Notes: generated by a model not told the origin, from the letters alone. Positions 40,704 to 48,913 are shown, counted from the first letter of the stretch. The stretch: DNA of 64,000 nucleotides from Burkholderiales bacterium (GCA_035548375.1 DASZTG010000094.1:283-64282); one strand, 5' to 3'. A program made the numbers and translations.

Positions 40704-41059
40704 GTCGTGCGCAACCCCGGGAGGATCGCGCGCCCTGTTTGCGAAAAATCCGTGGAGACCGGGAAGACGCCGAGAGATGCCGACGCGTCAGCCAAGGATC
40801 TGGCTTGTGGCCTGTTGGGCTAGGAATCACCCGAAGCTCGCGGCTGATGCCGCGGCAATAGGACTTTCTTGTTTGGAGCGAGCGCTTTATTTTTTAACGA
40901 CGGCGCGCCCGATCGCACGGGCGGAATATACCCCAATTGACAGCCAGATAGTCATATTTGGCTCGCTACCGCACCGCAGATCGCAACCCGAAACGATTCC
41001 GGCCGGAACGCGAATCTAGTACCTGTGGCGAATGGCGGCGCGATGCGCCTGGGGGAAAA

Positions 41060-41734
41060 CTAGCTCGAAGAGCCGTCCGGCTGCGCCGGCAGGACGCCTT
41101 GCGCACGGCTCGCCTCGAACAGCATGCCGCCCGCTTCGGTGTTGTGGTTGCCGGCGGCAAGCTGCAGCGGCGTGAATCCCTTTTCTTCCTTGACCGTCAG
41201 GCTGGCGCCGTACTTGAGCAGCACGGGAATGCAGGTAATGACGTTGCCCTCCGCGGCGATGTGCAGCGCCGTGTAGCCGCGATTGGTTTGCGCGTCCACG
41301 TCCGCGCCCTTCGCCAGCAACGCTTCCGCTAAATCGCAGTGATTGCGCGAGACGGCGTAATGCAGCGCCGTCCATTCCTCGTCCGATCGGTCGTTGAGCC
41401 CGGCGCCTTTGGCGAGCAGCGCCTTTGCCAACCCCATCTCGCCGAGGATTGCGGCGAATTGCAGCGGCGTGCCGTTTTTCTTGTTCTTCGCATTGATGTC
41501 CGCGCCGCCATCGATGAGCCGGATCGCCGTGGCGGGATGCCCCTCGCGGATGGCCCAGTGCAGCGGCGTGAATCCCATGTCGTCGTGCGCGTTCACGTGG
41601 GCGCCCGATGTGAGCGCCGCATCGACGATGGGCGACAAGCCGCCCTTCGCGCCCGAGAACAGCACCTGGTCGCAACCGCAAAGCGGGAGCGCGAGCAAGA
41701 CGGCCAGGAATGTTTTCGTGTGGGCCTTCGGCAT
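41060..41734 (-). CDS. Ankyrin-repeat lipoprotein
   Basis: Lipobox LALPLCGC. At least five ANK repeats (GFTPLHWAIREGH, GTPLQFAA, WTALHYAVSRNH, GYTALHIAA, GFTPLQLAA). Confidence 0.85.
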   Translation of the reverse strand: MPKAHTKTFLAVLLALPLCGCDQVLFSGAKGGLSPIVDAALTSGAHVNAHDDMGFTPLHWAIREGHPATAIRLIDGGADINAKNKKNGTPLQFAAILGEMGLAKALLAKGAGLNDRSDEEWTALHYAVSRNHCDLAEALLAKGADVDAQTNRGYTALHIAAEGNVITCIPVLLKYGASLTVKEEKGFTPLQLAAGNHNTEAGGMLFEASRAQGVLPAQPDGSSS

Positions 41735-41833
41735 TGCGACAGGACGGGTCCATGCGGGGTACGCAATGGATATTACTGTATCGATGCGTCCTGTCGTGCG
41801 TCTTGCAAGGCGCCGGCAAAGGATGCCGGCCGG

Positions 41834-42616
41834 TCAGTCGTGGCCAGCCCTGGCCTGCGGGACGTCGCGAAGCCGTACCTTGTCGCGCCTTGCCACCCAC
41901 GGCAACAGCATGCCGACCTGCTGCTTGTAGAGGCGGTAGCGATTGCCGAATTGCGCGACCAGGTCGCGCTCCTCGAAATAGATGCCAACCAGGATGTATC
42001 CGGTGGTGCCCAAAGCAAACAGCAAATGGCCGGCAGACATGTGGGGCGTCGCCCAGAAGCTCATCAGGAACCCCAGGTAGATCGGATGGCGCACGTAGCG
42101 ATACAGGAAGGGCGTGCGGAATTCCGGCTCCGGGATCTTGCGGTCCAGGAGCCGCGCGAACACCTGCCTCAAGCCGAACAACTCGAAATGATTGATCAGG
42201 AAAGTGCTCGTGAGCAGCACCGCCCAGCCGATCCAGAACAGGTTCTTCAGCGAAATGGAGACCTCGAGGTTTTCCACCGACCAGATCACCGGCTGCGCAA
42301 TGGGACGCCACTGCCACATCAGCAAGGCCAAGGCGAGGGTCGCGGCCAGCACGTAGGTGCTGCGCTCGACCGACTCCGGCACGATGCGCGTCCACCAGCG
42401 CTTGAACGCCGGGCGCGCCATCACGCTGTGCTGGACGGCGAACACGCCGAGCAGGAGCAGGTTCACCACCAGCGCCTCGGCCAGCGGTACCGGCGCGCCG
42501 CTGTCGATCGACTTCGGCACGAACGAGTTGCTTACGAACCCGATCATGTAAAGAAAGGTGCCGGCGAAAAAGAAATAGGAAGCGAGGCCGTACGCGACGG
42601 CAACGATTGCTTTCAT
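41834..42616 (-). CDS. ICMT/PEMT-family membrane methyltransferase (MddA-like)
   Basis: ATG 42616 is preceded by agggaga. Multi-TM protein. C-terminal YRYVRHPIYLGF..E(E)RDL motif is typical of isoprenylcysteine carboxyl methyltransferase-like enzymes. Confidence 0.75.
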   Translation of the reverse strand: MKAIVAVAYGLASYFFFAGTFLYMIGFVSNSFVPKSIDSGAPVPLAEALVVNLLLLGVFAVQHSVMARPAFKRWWTRIVPESVERSTYVLAATLALALLMWQWRPIAQPVIWSVENLEVSISLKNLFWIGWAVLLTSTFLINHFELFGLRQVFARLLDRKIPEPEFRTPFLYRYVRHPIYLGFLMSFWATPHMSAGHLLFALGTTGYILVGIYFEERDLVAQFGNRYRLYKQQVGMLLPWVARRDKVRLRDVPQARAGHD

Positions 42617-42806
42617 GCGGGATTCTCCCTGTCTTCTCCGACGGGCCGCGCCCGCAGCCACTTGCCGGAACGCAGCAATTGTCCGTGCCGGGCTCGATTG
42701 ACGCTTGACCATGCGTCCGGCACACTTTGCCGAGTGTCCGCGACCGGCATCCCGACCGGTCCCGCGCGCATCCACCCGACTTCTCCACCCCTGAACGGTC
42801 CACGCA

Positions 42807-43811
42807 ATGAGCCGCGATACGCTTTCGGACCTGTTGCGCAGCGTGCGCCTGCGCGGCGCGGTGTTCTTCTACATCAGTTTCCGCGACCAGTGGTCGGCCG
42901 AGGGCCTCGCGGCGAAGCAGATCGTGGGCGGCGTCATGCCCGGCTGCGAACATGTCATGGAATACCACATGCTCGCCAAGGGTACCGCATGGGCGTCGGT
43001 ATCCGGCCTGCCGCCGATCGCATTATCCGAGGGAGACATCGTGATGTTTCCGCAGGGCGATCGCCACGTGATCTCGAGCGAGCCGGGCCTGGAGCCGATT
43101 CCCGCGAGTGCCGAGTGGATATGCGCGCGACAGAACGATCCCAAGCCCGTGCCCATCGCCTTTCACCAAGGCTTGCGCGAACCTGGCGTCATGATGCCCA
43201 CGCAGGATGCCGATGCCATCCTCGTCTGCGGATTCCTCGGCTGCGACCTGCGTCCGTTCAACCCGCTCGTTGCCGCGCTTCCACGCATCCTGCACCTGCC
43301 GGCCTCGCGTGCCGGGGATTGGGTCGGCCGGGTCATCGACCAGGCGGTGGTCGAATCCAGCAACAAGCGGCCCGGCGGCGAGGCCGTGCTCGAGAGATTG
43401 TCGGAAATGATGTTCGTCGATGCCGCGCGGCGCTACCTCGACAGCCTGCCGGAAGACGCGACCGGCTGGCTCGCGGGTTTGCGCGACCGCTACGTCGGCA
43501 AGGCGCTGGCCCTCATGCATGAACGCCCGGAGCAGGCATGGACCGTCGACGAACTCGCACGCGAAGTCGGCCTGTCACGCTCCGCACTCCACGATCGCTT
43601 CGTGCAATACGTCGGGCAGCCGCCGATGCAATACCTCACGAGCTGGCGCATCCAGCTCAGCACCCGCATGCTGCGCGAATCGAATCGCAACGTCGCAACC
43701 ATCGCGCTGGATGTCGGCTACGACTCCGAAGCCTCCTTCTCGCGTGCCTTCAAGCGCATGCTCGACCTGCCGCCGGCGGCCTGGCGCAAGGCGCAAGCCG
43801 AGGCGAGCTGA
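42807..43811 (+). CDS. AraC family transcriptional regulator with N-terminal cupin-like sensor domain
   Basis: C-terminal double HTH (WTVDELAREVGLSRSALHDRF .. IALDVGYDSEASFSRAFKR). Divergent from the methyltransferase gene. Confidence 0.85.
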   Translation: MSRDTLSDLLRSVRLRGAVFFYISFRDQWSAEGLAAKQIVGGVMPGCEHVMEYHMLAKGTAWASVSGLPPIALSEGDIVMFPQGDRHVISSEPGLEPIPASAEWICARQNDPKPVPIAFHQGLREPGVMMPTQDADAILVCGFLGCDLRPFNPLVAALPRILHLPASRAGDWVGRVIDQAVVESSNKRPGGEAVLERLSEMMFVDAARRYLDSLPEDATGWLAGLRDRYVGKALALMHERPEQAWTVDELAREVGLSRSALHDRFVQYVGQPPMQYLTSWRIQLSTRMLRESNRNVATIALDVGYDSEASFSRAFKRMLDLPPAAWRKAQAEAS

Positions 43812-44099
43812 CTTTTTACGCCATTGGAATATGACTGTACCCGGGAATGCCTGGCCGACCTCGCCGGGAGGAACAGGCCATATAGGCCAGTTCTCCGGTG
43901 CCATGGGGAAATGGATGAAGGCGCTTAGGGGTATTCCCGATGGACCCTGCGCCCGCCAACCCGCACAATGCCCCTGCCTTGACGGACACCCACCTTCCGG
44001 TCGGGGCAGCGGATCGGCCCGCGAGCCGATCCGGGTGATTCCGGCGCGAAGCTGACGGGGGTTGGCGAAAAAGCGTACTCGCGGAATCATCGAAACAGG

Positions 44100-44134
44100 G
44101 CCCGGCCAGTCCACACTCGGCCGGGCTTTTCTTT
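44100..44134 (+). terminator. Rho-independent terminator-like hairpin
   Basis: Perfect 8-bp G/C stem GCCCGGCC (44100-44107) / GGCCGGGC (44119-44126) with an 11-nt loop, followed by TTTTCTTT (44127-44134). Confidence 0.6.
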
Positions 44135-44152
44135 ATGCCGGGGGCTGACGCC

Positions 44153-44320
44153 GTGACGTATCGCCGATATTTCTGGGACCAGCAATGGCATTCCGCACAC
44201 CTGTGCACAGAGTGGCCGCTGACCCATTTCGTGCAATCGGACGGCACCGAGGTCGCAAAGGTGTGCGAGGAATGCGAGCGTTACCAGCGCGTCGAGCACG
44301 CCGGTCGCGCCCACGCGTAG
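44153..44320 (+). CDS. Cys-motif mini-protein, copy B (55 aa)
   Basis: GTG 44153 with GGGGG 8 nt upstream (ATG 44135 is an in-frame alternative). Motif WHSAHLCTEWP..F..SD..KVCEECERY is paralogous to 35210..35401. Confidence 0.5.
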   Translation: MTYRRYFWDQQWHSAHLCTEWPLTHFVQSDGTEVAKVCEECERYQRVEHAGRAHA

Positions 44321-44340
44321 TTCGCCGATATTCCTCGTCA

Positions 44341-44369
44341 TTGACGATAGTAAACTATATGTTTACTAT
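44341..44369 (+). promoter_or_regulatory. Sigma70-type promoter of higBA
   Basis: TTGACG (44341-44346), 17-nt spacer, TACTAT (44364-44369). The higB GTG start is 7 nt downstream of the -10 element. Confidence 0.5.
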
Positions 44370-44370
44370 C
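44346..44370. promoter_or_regulatory. Palindromic operator overlapping the higBA promoter
   Basis: Perfect 10-bp inverted repeat GATAGTAAAC-tatat-GTTTACTATC covering the spacer and the -10 element. Confidence 0.6.
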
Positions 44371-44375
44371 CTCTC

Positions 44376-44657
44376 GTGATTCGCAGCTTCGCGTCACCGG
44401 AATCGGAGCATTTATTCGTCACCGGGAAATCCAGGCGAATTCCTTCGGAGATCCGTTCACGCGCGATCATGCGCCTGGCCCAGTTGGATGCGGCCACATC
44501 GATCGACGACCTTCGCGTTCCTCCGTCCAATCATCTGGAACGCTTGAAGGGAAACCGGAAGGGCCAATGGAGCATTCGAGTCAATGAACAATGGCGAGTC
44601 TGCTTCAGATTCGAGGATGGGGACGCTTTCGATTTCGAAATCGTGGATTACCATTGA
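44376..44657 (+). CDS. higB: HigB-type toxin (plasmid maintenance system killer, RelE/ParE superfamily)
   Basis: MIRSF..LF.TGKSRRIP....R...RL..LDAA..I.DL..P....LE.LKG.R.GQWSIRVN.QWRVCFRFE.GDA...EIVDYH is the full-length HigB pattern. GTG start. Confidence 0.85.
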   Translation: MIRSFASPESEHLFVTGKSRRIPSEIRSRAIMRLAQLDAATSIDDLRVPPSNHLERLKGNRKGQWSIRVNEQWRVCFRFEDGDAFDFEIVDYH

Positions 44658-44666
44658 GGCGGGAAA

Positions 44667-44966
44667 ATGGCTGTGAAGAATGGACTACCTGCGATTCATC
44701 CGGGCGAATTCCTCAAGGAAATACTGGATGACCTTGGAACGTCCCAGGCGGAATTTGCCCGCGTGATCGGAGTATCGCCAATGCGGATATCCCACGTTGT
44801 AAAGGGCACCCGGCCGGTTACTGCGGAACTCGCATTGCTGTTCGGAAAAGCGTTCGCGCAGTCGCCGCAATATTGGCTGAATCTCCAGTCGGCCTACGAT
44901 CTCAAGAGTGCCGAACGTGACATGAAAAACCGGTTGCGAGAATTGCGTCCTCTGGCGCACGCGTAG
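44667..44966 (+). CDS. higA: HigA-type antitoxin (HTH, VapI/XRE family)
   Basis: SD gaggcggg upstream. IHPGEFLKEILDDLGTSQAEFARVIGVSPMRISHVVKGTRPVT..WLNLQSAYDL is the HigA pattern. Confidence 0.88.
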   Translation: MAVKNGLPAIHPGEFLKEILDDLGTSQAEFARVIGVSPMRISHVVKGTRPVTAELALLFGKAFAQSPQYWLNLQSAYDLKSAERDMKNRLRELRPLAHA

Positions 44967-45075
44967 GGATTGGCGGGGAGTTTCAACGCTTCAACCAGCC
45001 AGGAATTCGGACGCACACTCCGCCCAGATTCTGATCGATAAACCGGGCAGACCAACCCAGACAGGTTCAGACGCC

Positions 45076-45399
45076 ATGCGAAGCGGCCCAAGGCAGCCGG
45101 TTACCCGATTCTTCAAGCGCGTGGTCCTCACGCGCAGGTGGCTGACCTTCGTGACGATGTGCGTCGCGTTCGCGGTGTTCGGCGCCAGCTCCGTCAATCT
45201 CTTCACCATGTTCCGCGCCAACGTCACGCTGATCGCCGACTACGGGTTCATGGCCCTGGCCGACGGCGCGGCGCAGCAGTTCGTGGAACTGGTCGTGACG
45301 CTAGTGCTGGCAATGCTGGCGTACGTGGTGTTCAAAGCGTGCGAATATCGGCTGGTCCACCAGTTGACCGACGTTCATTCGGAAGACGATATTCCCTGA
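45076..45399 (+). CDS. Small membrane protein, hypothetical (107 aa)
   Basis: Two to three hydrophobic helices (WLTFVTMCVAFAVFGASSV, FVELVVTLVLAMLAYVVF). No family recognised. Confidence 0.45.
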   Translation: MRSGPRQPVTRFFKRVVLTRRWLTFVTMCVAFAVFGASSVNLFTMFRANVTLIADYGFMALADGAAQQFVELVVTLVLAMLAYVVFKACEYRLVHQLTDVHSEDDIP

Positions 45400-45427
45400 G
45401 TGTCGGGGTTGCGGACGGCGGGCGAAC

Positions 45428-45727
45428 TTACTTGAGCTCGATCTCGACGAACGCGAATTCATGCGCGTTCGGATTCACGACGTTGTGCTCGACCCCCTCG
45501 TTGCGCGCATAGGACTGGCCGGCGGCGAGCTCGATCACGATTTCACCGTTCGCGGTCTCCTGCATCAGCTTGCCCGCGGTGAGGACGACAACGACGTAGT
45601 CGTGCGCATGCCGGTGCCAACCGGTTTCCGCGCCAGGGGCGAAGCGCCACTCGGTCACGATCGTGCGGTCGGTTTCGATAAGGCGCCTGGAGGTGGCTTG
45701 AGGGCGAGTCTTCATCCTGGAGACCAT
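45428..45727 (-). CDS. Cupin domain protein (99 aa)
   Basis: GWHRHAHDYVVVVLTAG ... GVEHNVVNP is a cupin two-motif pattern. Confidence 0.75.
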   Translation of the reverse strand: MVSRMKTRPQATSRRLIETDRTIVTEWRFAPGAETGWHRHAHDYVVVVLTAGKLMQETANGEIVIELAAGQSYARNEGVEHNVVNPNAHEFAFVEIELK

Positions 45728-45828
45728 TCTAGTGGGTTCGTCATTCTGGCAGCGTCCTGAAGTGGGTATGTCTGGACGGCAGCGGAAATTTTGTCAGCAT
45801 CGCTTGGGCCGGAAAGATCCCCAACTAT

Positions 45829-47169
45829 TCATCGAACGGACTTCAATTTGGGCTTTTGTCGATCGACTGCCGCGCGAACCACCCAGTCGTTCGAGCTCGC
45901 GGGCCATAGCATCATAGCGGCACAGGTCACGATCCGATTGTCGAAACGCCGCGCCAGCGCCGGGTCTTCCTCGCCGAGCCCGGTGGGATGCGCCTCCGCG
46001 ACTACCGCGACCTCGGAACAGGTTGCGGCGGTAGGCTCCTTGGCGAGCAGCGCAACAAGATTTTCCGATGCCAGAGGTATCGGAAGCAACCAATCTTTGT
46101 CGACATTCGATGCAAGACTGGGTGACGCGGGTCCTGTCACGCGCGAAGATTTTCCCTGTGCCATGCTGGACGGTGGGGGCGCTGCCGAATAATAGGATGG
46201 CTTGGTCTTCAAGACATTGCTCAAGGTCGACAGTGCACCCATTAACAGGAATCCCACCAATAGCGATTTCCCCCAGGATTTCTTTTCACCGCCCGGTGGG
46301 GCGGCCTTCACGACTTGCCTGGCACGGGATCGACCCAGGCCACGCCGCCAGGCGCCGACGTCCTTGCTCCACGAACGCCAGCGCCCAAGGTTCTCCTCGC
46401 TGGTTATCAGGGGAAACAAGGTCGGAAAACGCCTGGCTATTTCCTCCAATGCCGGCAAGCCATCGGCGAGCTTGCCGTTACTGGGCCGCACGGGCACGCG
46501 CAATGCTCGAATCAGGCTCAGCTGCCGGGCATGCTCCTCCTGTCGCGCGAATGCGTTCATTTCATGAATCGCATGATCGAGGACTGCCCCGACCGGACCG
46601 AACCGATACAAGCGGCGCCGGTCGTCTTGCCAATTGAAGTGCTTGATCGCAACCTCGAGCACGCACTCGTTACCCGGTCGCCAGCCTTGCGAGAGAAGCT
46701 GCGCAATGAACCACTCGAACAAATCCCTCGCCTCGACGCTGATCAGCCTGGGATCTTCGATTGCGAGGTCGAACAACGCCCTGACCTCCGCGAGGTTGCG
46801 AGGGGCTTCGGCTATGGACGCCATCAGTTGCAAGAAGACCGCTCGGGCGTCGACGTCCGGTGATTCCTCCTGCTCCGCCTGCGGATGAACAGGCGCTTCG
46901 GCGGAGGCCCGATCAATCTCGCCCGCGGAGGCCGGCTCTGGTTCATCCAGCCCCTCTCGCTCGACTCCTGGGCCCTCATCGCTTTCGTGTTGATCCGCGG
47001 CGCCGTGCCGAGCCTGGAACAATGCTGCCTCGTAAGCCTCTCGCAGCCTCTGAAATCCTGCCGGATCCTTCTCCTGGTCGATCTGCTTGAGCTTGCGCGC
47101 ATAGGCACGCCTGATCGCGAGCTCATCGGCATGCTGATCCAGTCCCAGGTCTTCCAGATAGGACCTCAT
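45829..47169 (-). CDS. Membrane-anchored J-like protein (DjlC-like architecture, HPD motif absent)
   Basis: ATG 47169 lies 16 nt after the hscC stop. The N-terminus has J-domain helices II/III (AIRRAYARKLKQ .. FQRLREAYEAAL) with DQE at the HPD position. An acidic linker follows, then one TM helix (LLVGFLLMGALSTLSNVL) and a C-terminal tail of about 130 aa. Confidence 0.7.
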   Translation of the reverse strand: MRSYLEDLGLDQHADELAIRRAYARKLKQIDQEKDPAGFQRLREAYEAALFQARHGAADQHESDEGPGVEREGLDEPEPASAGEIDRASAEAPVHPQAEQEESPDVDARAVFLQLMASIAEAPRNLAEVRALFDLAIEDPRLISVEARDLFEWFIAQLLSQGWRPGNECVLEVAIKHFNWQDDRRRLYRFGPVGAVLDHAIHEMNAFARQEEHARQLSLIRALRVPVRPSNGKLADGLPALEEIARRFPTLFPLITSEENLGRWRSWSKDVGAWRRGLGRSRARQVVKAAPPGGEKKSWGKSLLVGFLLMGALSTLSNVLKTKPSYYSAAPPPSSMAQGKSSRVTGPASPSLASNVDKDWLLPIPLASENLVALLAKEPTAATCSEVAVVAEAHPTGLGEEDPALARRFDNRIVTCAAMMLWPASSNDWVVRAAVDRQKPKLKSVR

Positions 47170-47185
47170 CGGCTGTCCTGACCGG

Positions 47186-48913
47186 TCAGGTTTTCGGATC
47201 GAGGTCGAAAGAGCCGACATGGCTGTCGCGCTCGATCGCATCGACAACCTGCTCGAACCTCTCGCGCGCCGGTTCAATTGCGCCCATGTCTTGCTTGTCA
47301 AGCAACTTTTCGTACTCGAGGATTTGTCGACCAAACCACTCGCGCCCCTCCCCTCTCATGACCTGGTAGAGGCGCTCGGCGCGTGCTAGCAAGGTACGGT
47401 GCTCCATGCGGTCGCGCGGATGGATCTTCAATTCCGACAGCGCCTTGAGGCTCTGCGCGATCTCCGCGTCCGAAAGCATGCCCGGGTTGCCCTGGATGAT
47501 CACGGAGAAGGTTTGACGCGTCTTCAGTACAGTCGCCTCCACCTGCAGGATGCCGTTGACGTCGTAGGTAAAACGAACGTCGACTCCGCACTCCTGGCGC
47601 GGTGCGACCGGAACCGACACACGCAGGCTTCCGAGATGGATGTTGTGCGCCGTCATGCGTGCCTCGCCCTGGAAGATTTCCAGTGCGATATGGGACTGCC
47701 GGTCCTGCACGGGGAAATAGCGTTTCACGCGGCTGATCGGTATCGGGCTGTTCCGCTCGATCACCGGATCGAAGTACCCGGCCGCAATGGCATGGTCGTT
47801 ACCGGTCATGGAGACTTCCACGCCGAGAGAGAACGGCGAGACATCGGTCATCACGACTTCGTTCAACGCGGCGTCCTTCATCTTGAGGCCCGCCTGGACG
47901 GCCGCACCGAGTGCAACAACCTCGTCGGGATTGATGTCGGTCGCCGGAAAGCGCCCGAACATTTGGGTGACCATTCGTCGCACGAGTGGCATTCGAGTGG
48001 CGCCGCCAGCCAGCACGATCTGGTCCAGCTCGCTGCCACGCAGGTTCGCGTCTCGAAGGGCCCTTTCCACGGGATCGCGCATTCGCCTCAGCAGGTGGGC
48101 ACAGGTGCTCTCGAGGAGCGATTCGTCGAGATCCATCGCGTACTCGTTCTTCGCGGATCGCACGCGAATCGTTGCTTGCTTCTCCGTGCTCAACGCACGC
48201 TTGGCGGCTTCCGTTCGCGCAGCAAGCTGCTGCATGAATTCGCCGCTGCCCCTGAGCTTCGGAGGCAGCTTGTTGCGCTCGAAGAACAGCTCCATGAGGC
48301 TAGTCACGAAGTCTTCCCCACCGAGGAAATTGTCCCCGGCGGAAGCGCGCACTTCCATGACGCCCTCGAAAAGCTCGAGGACGGACACGTCGAAGGTTCC
48401 GCCGCCCAAGTCGAAAACTAGGAAGCGGCTTGCGCCTTCGCGCCGATGGATGCCGTAGGCCAGCGCGGCGGCCGTCGGCTCGTTGACCAGCCTGTCGACC
48501 TGGAGGCCCGCGAGTTGCCCCGCTACCCGCGTGGCTTTTCGTTGCGCATTGGAGAAATAGGCTGGGACGGTGATGATCGCTTCGCTGATCGATTCCCCCA
48601 GCAACGCTTCGGCGTCCGCCTTCAGCGACCTCAAAACCAGGCTGGACAGCTCTTCTGCCCGATACGTGCGCTTATGGAGAGTGAAGGTCTTGTCGCTGCC
48701 CATGAAGCGCTTGAAGGTCGCCACCGTGCGGTCGGGATGAGTCTGGAGTCGTTCCCGGGCCGCGTTACCCACGAGAACCGAGCCATCGTTATCGATACTC
48801 ACGCAGGATGGAGTCAGGAATTCGCCGAGTGCGTTTGGAATGAGCCGGGACGTCCCATCCTGCCAAACCGCGACCAGGCTATTTGTCGTGCCGAGATCGA
48901 TGCCGACTATCAT
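47186..48913 (-). CDS. hscC: Hsp70 family chaperone, HscC-type
   Basis: GIDLGTTNS, DLGGGTFDVS, NEPTAAALAYG. Length of 575 aa and the C-terminal LSELKIHPRD block resemble E. coli HscC rather than DnaK or HscA. Confidence 0.88.
   Translation of the reverse strand: MIVGIDLGTTNSLVAVWQDGTSRLIPNALGEFLTPSCVSIDNDGSVLVGNAARERLQTHPDRTVATFKRFMGSDKTFTLHKRTYRAEELSSLVLRSLKADAEALLGESISEAIITVPAYFSNAQRKATRVAGQLAGLQVDRLVNEPTAAALAYGIHRREGASRFLVFDLGGGTFDVSVLELFEGVMEVRASAGDNFLGGEDFVTSLMELFFERNKLPPKLRGSGEFMQQLAARTEAAKRALSTEKQATIRVRSAKNEYAMDLDESLLESTCAHLLRRMRDPVERALRDANLRGSELDQIVLAGGATRMPLVRRMVTQMFGRFPATDINPDEVVALGAAVQAGLKMKDAALNEVVMTDVSPFSLGVEVSMTGNDHAIAAGYFDPVIERNSPIPISRVKRYFPVQDRQSHIALEIFQGEARMTAHNIHLGSLRVSVPVAPRQECGVDVRFTYDVNGILQVEATVLKTRQTFSVIIQGNPGMLSDAEIAQSLKALSELKIHPRDRMEHRTLLARAERLYQVMRGEGREWFGRQILEYEKLLDKQDMGAIEPARERFEQVVDAIERDSHVGSFDLDPKT

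Noticed and set aside
32364-41734. KatE plus ankyrin protein as a katB-ankB-like functional operon
   Set aside because: The two genes are more than 6 kb apart and are separated by several independent transcription units. The ankyrin gene is instead linked to the methyltransferase gene.
41016-43522. 650-aa (minus) and 727-aa (plus) ORFs spanning the ankyrin, methyltransferase and AraC genes
   Set aside because: They cross three well-supported genes and two intergenic regions. The translations are Arg/Gly/Pro/His-rich without domains. These are high-GC artefacts.
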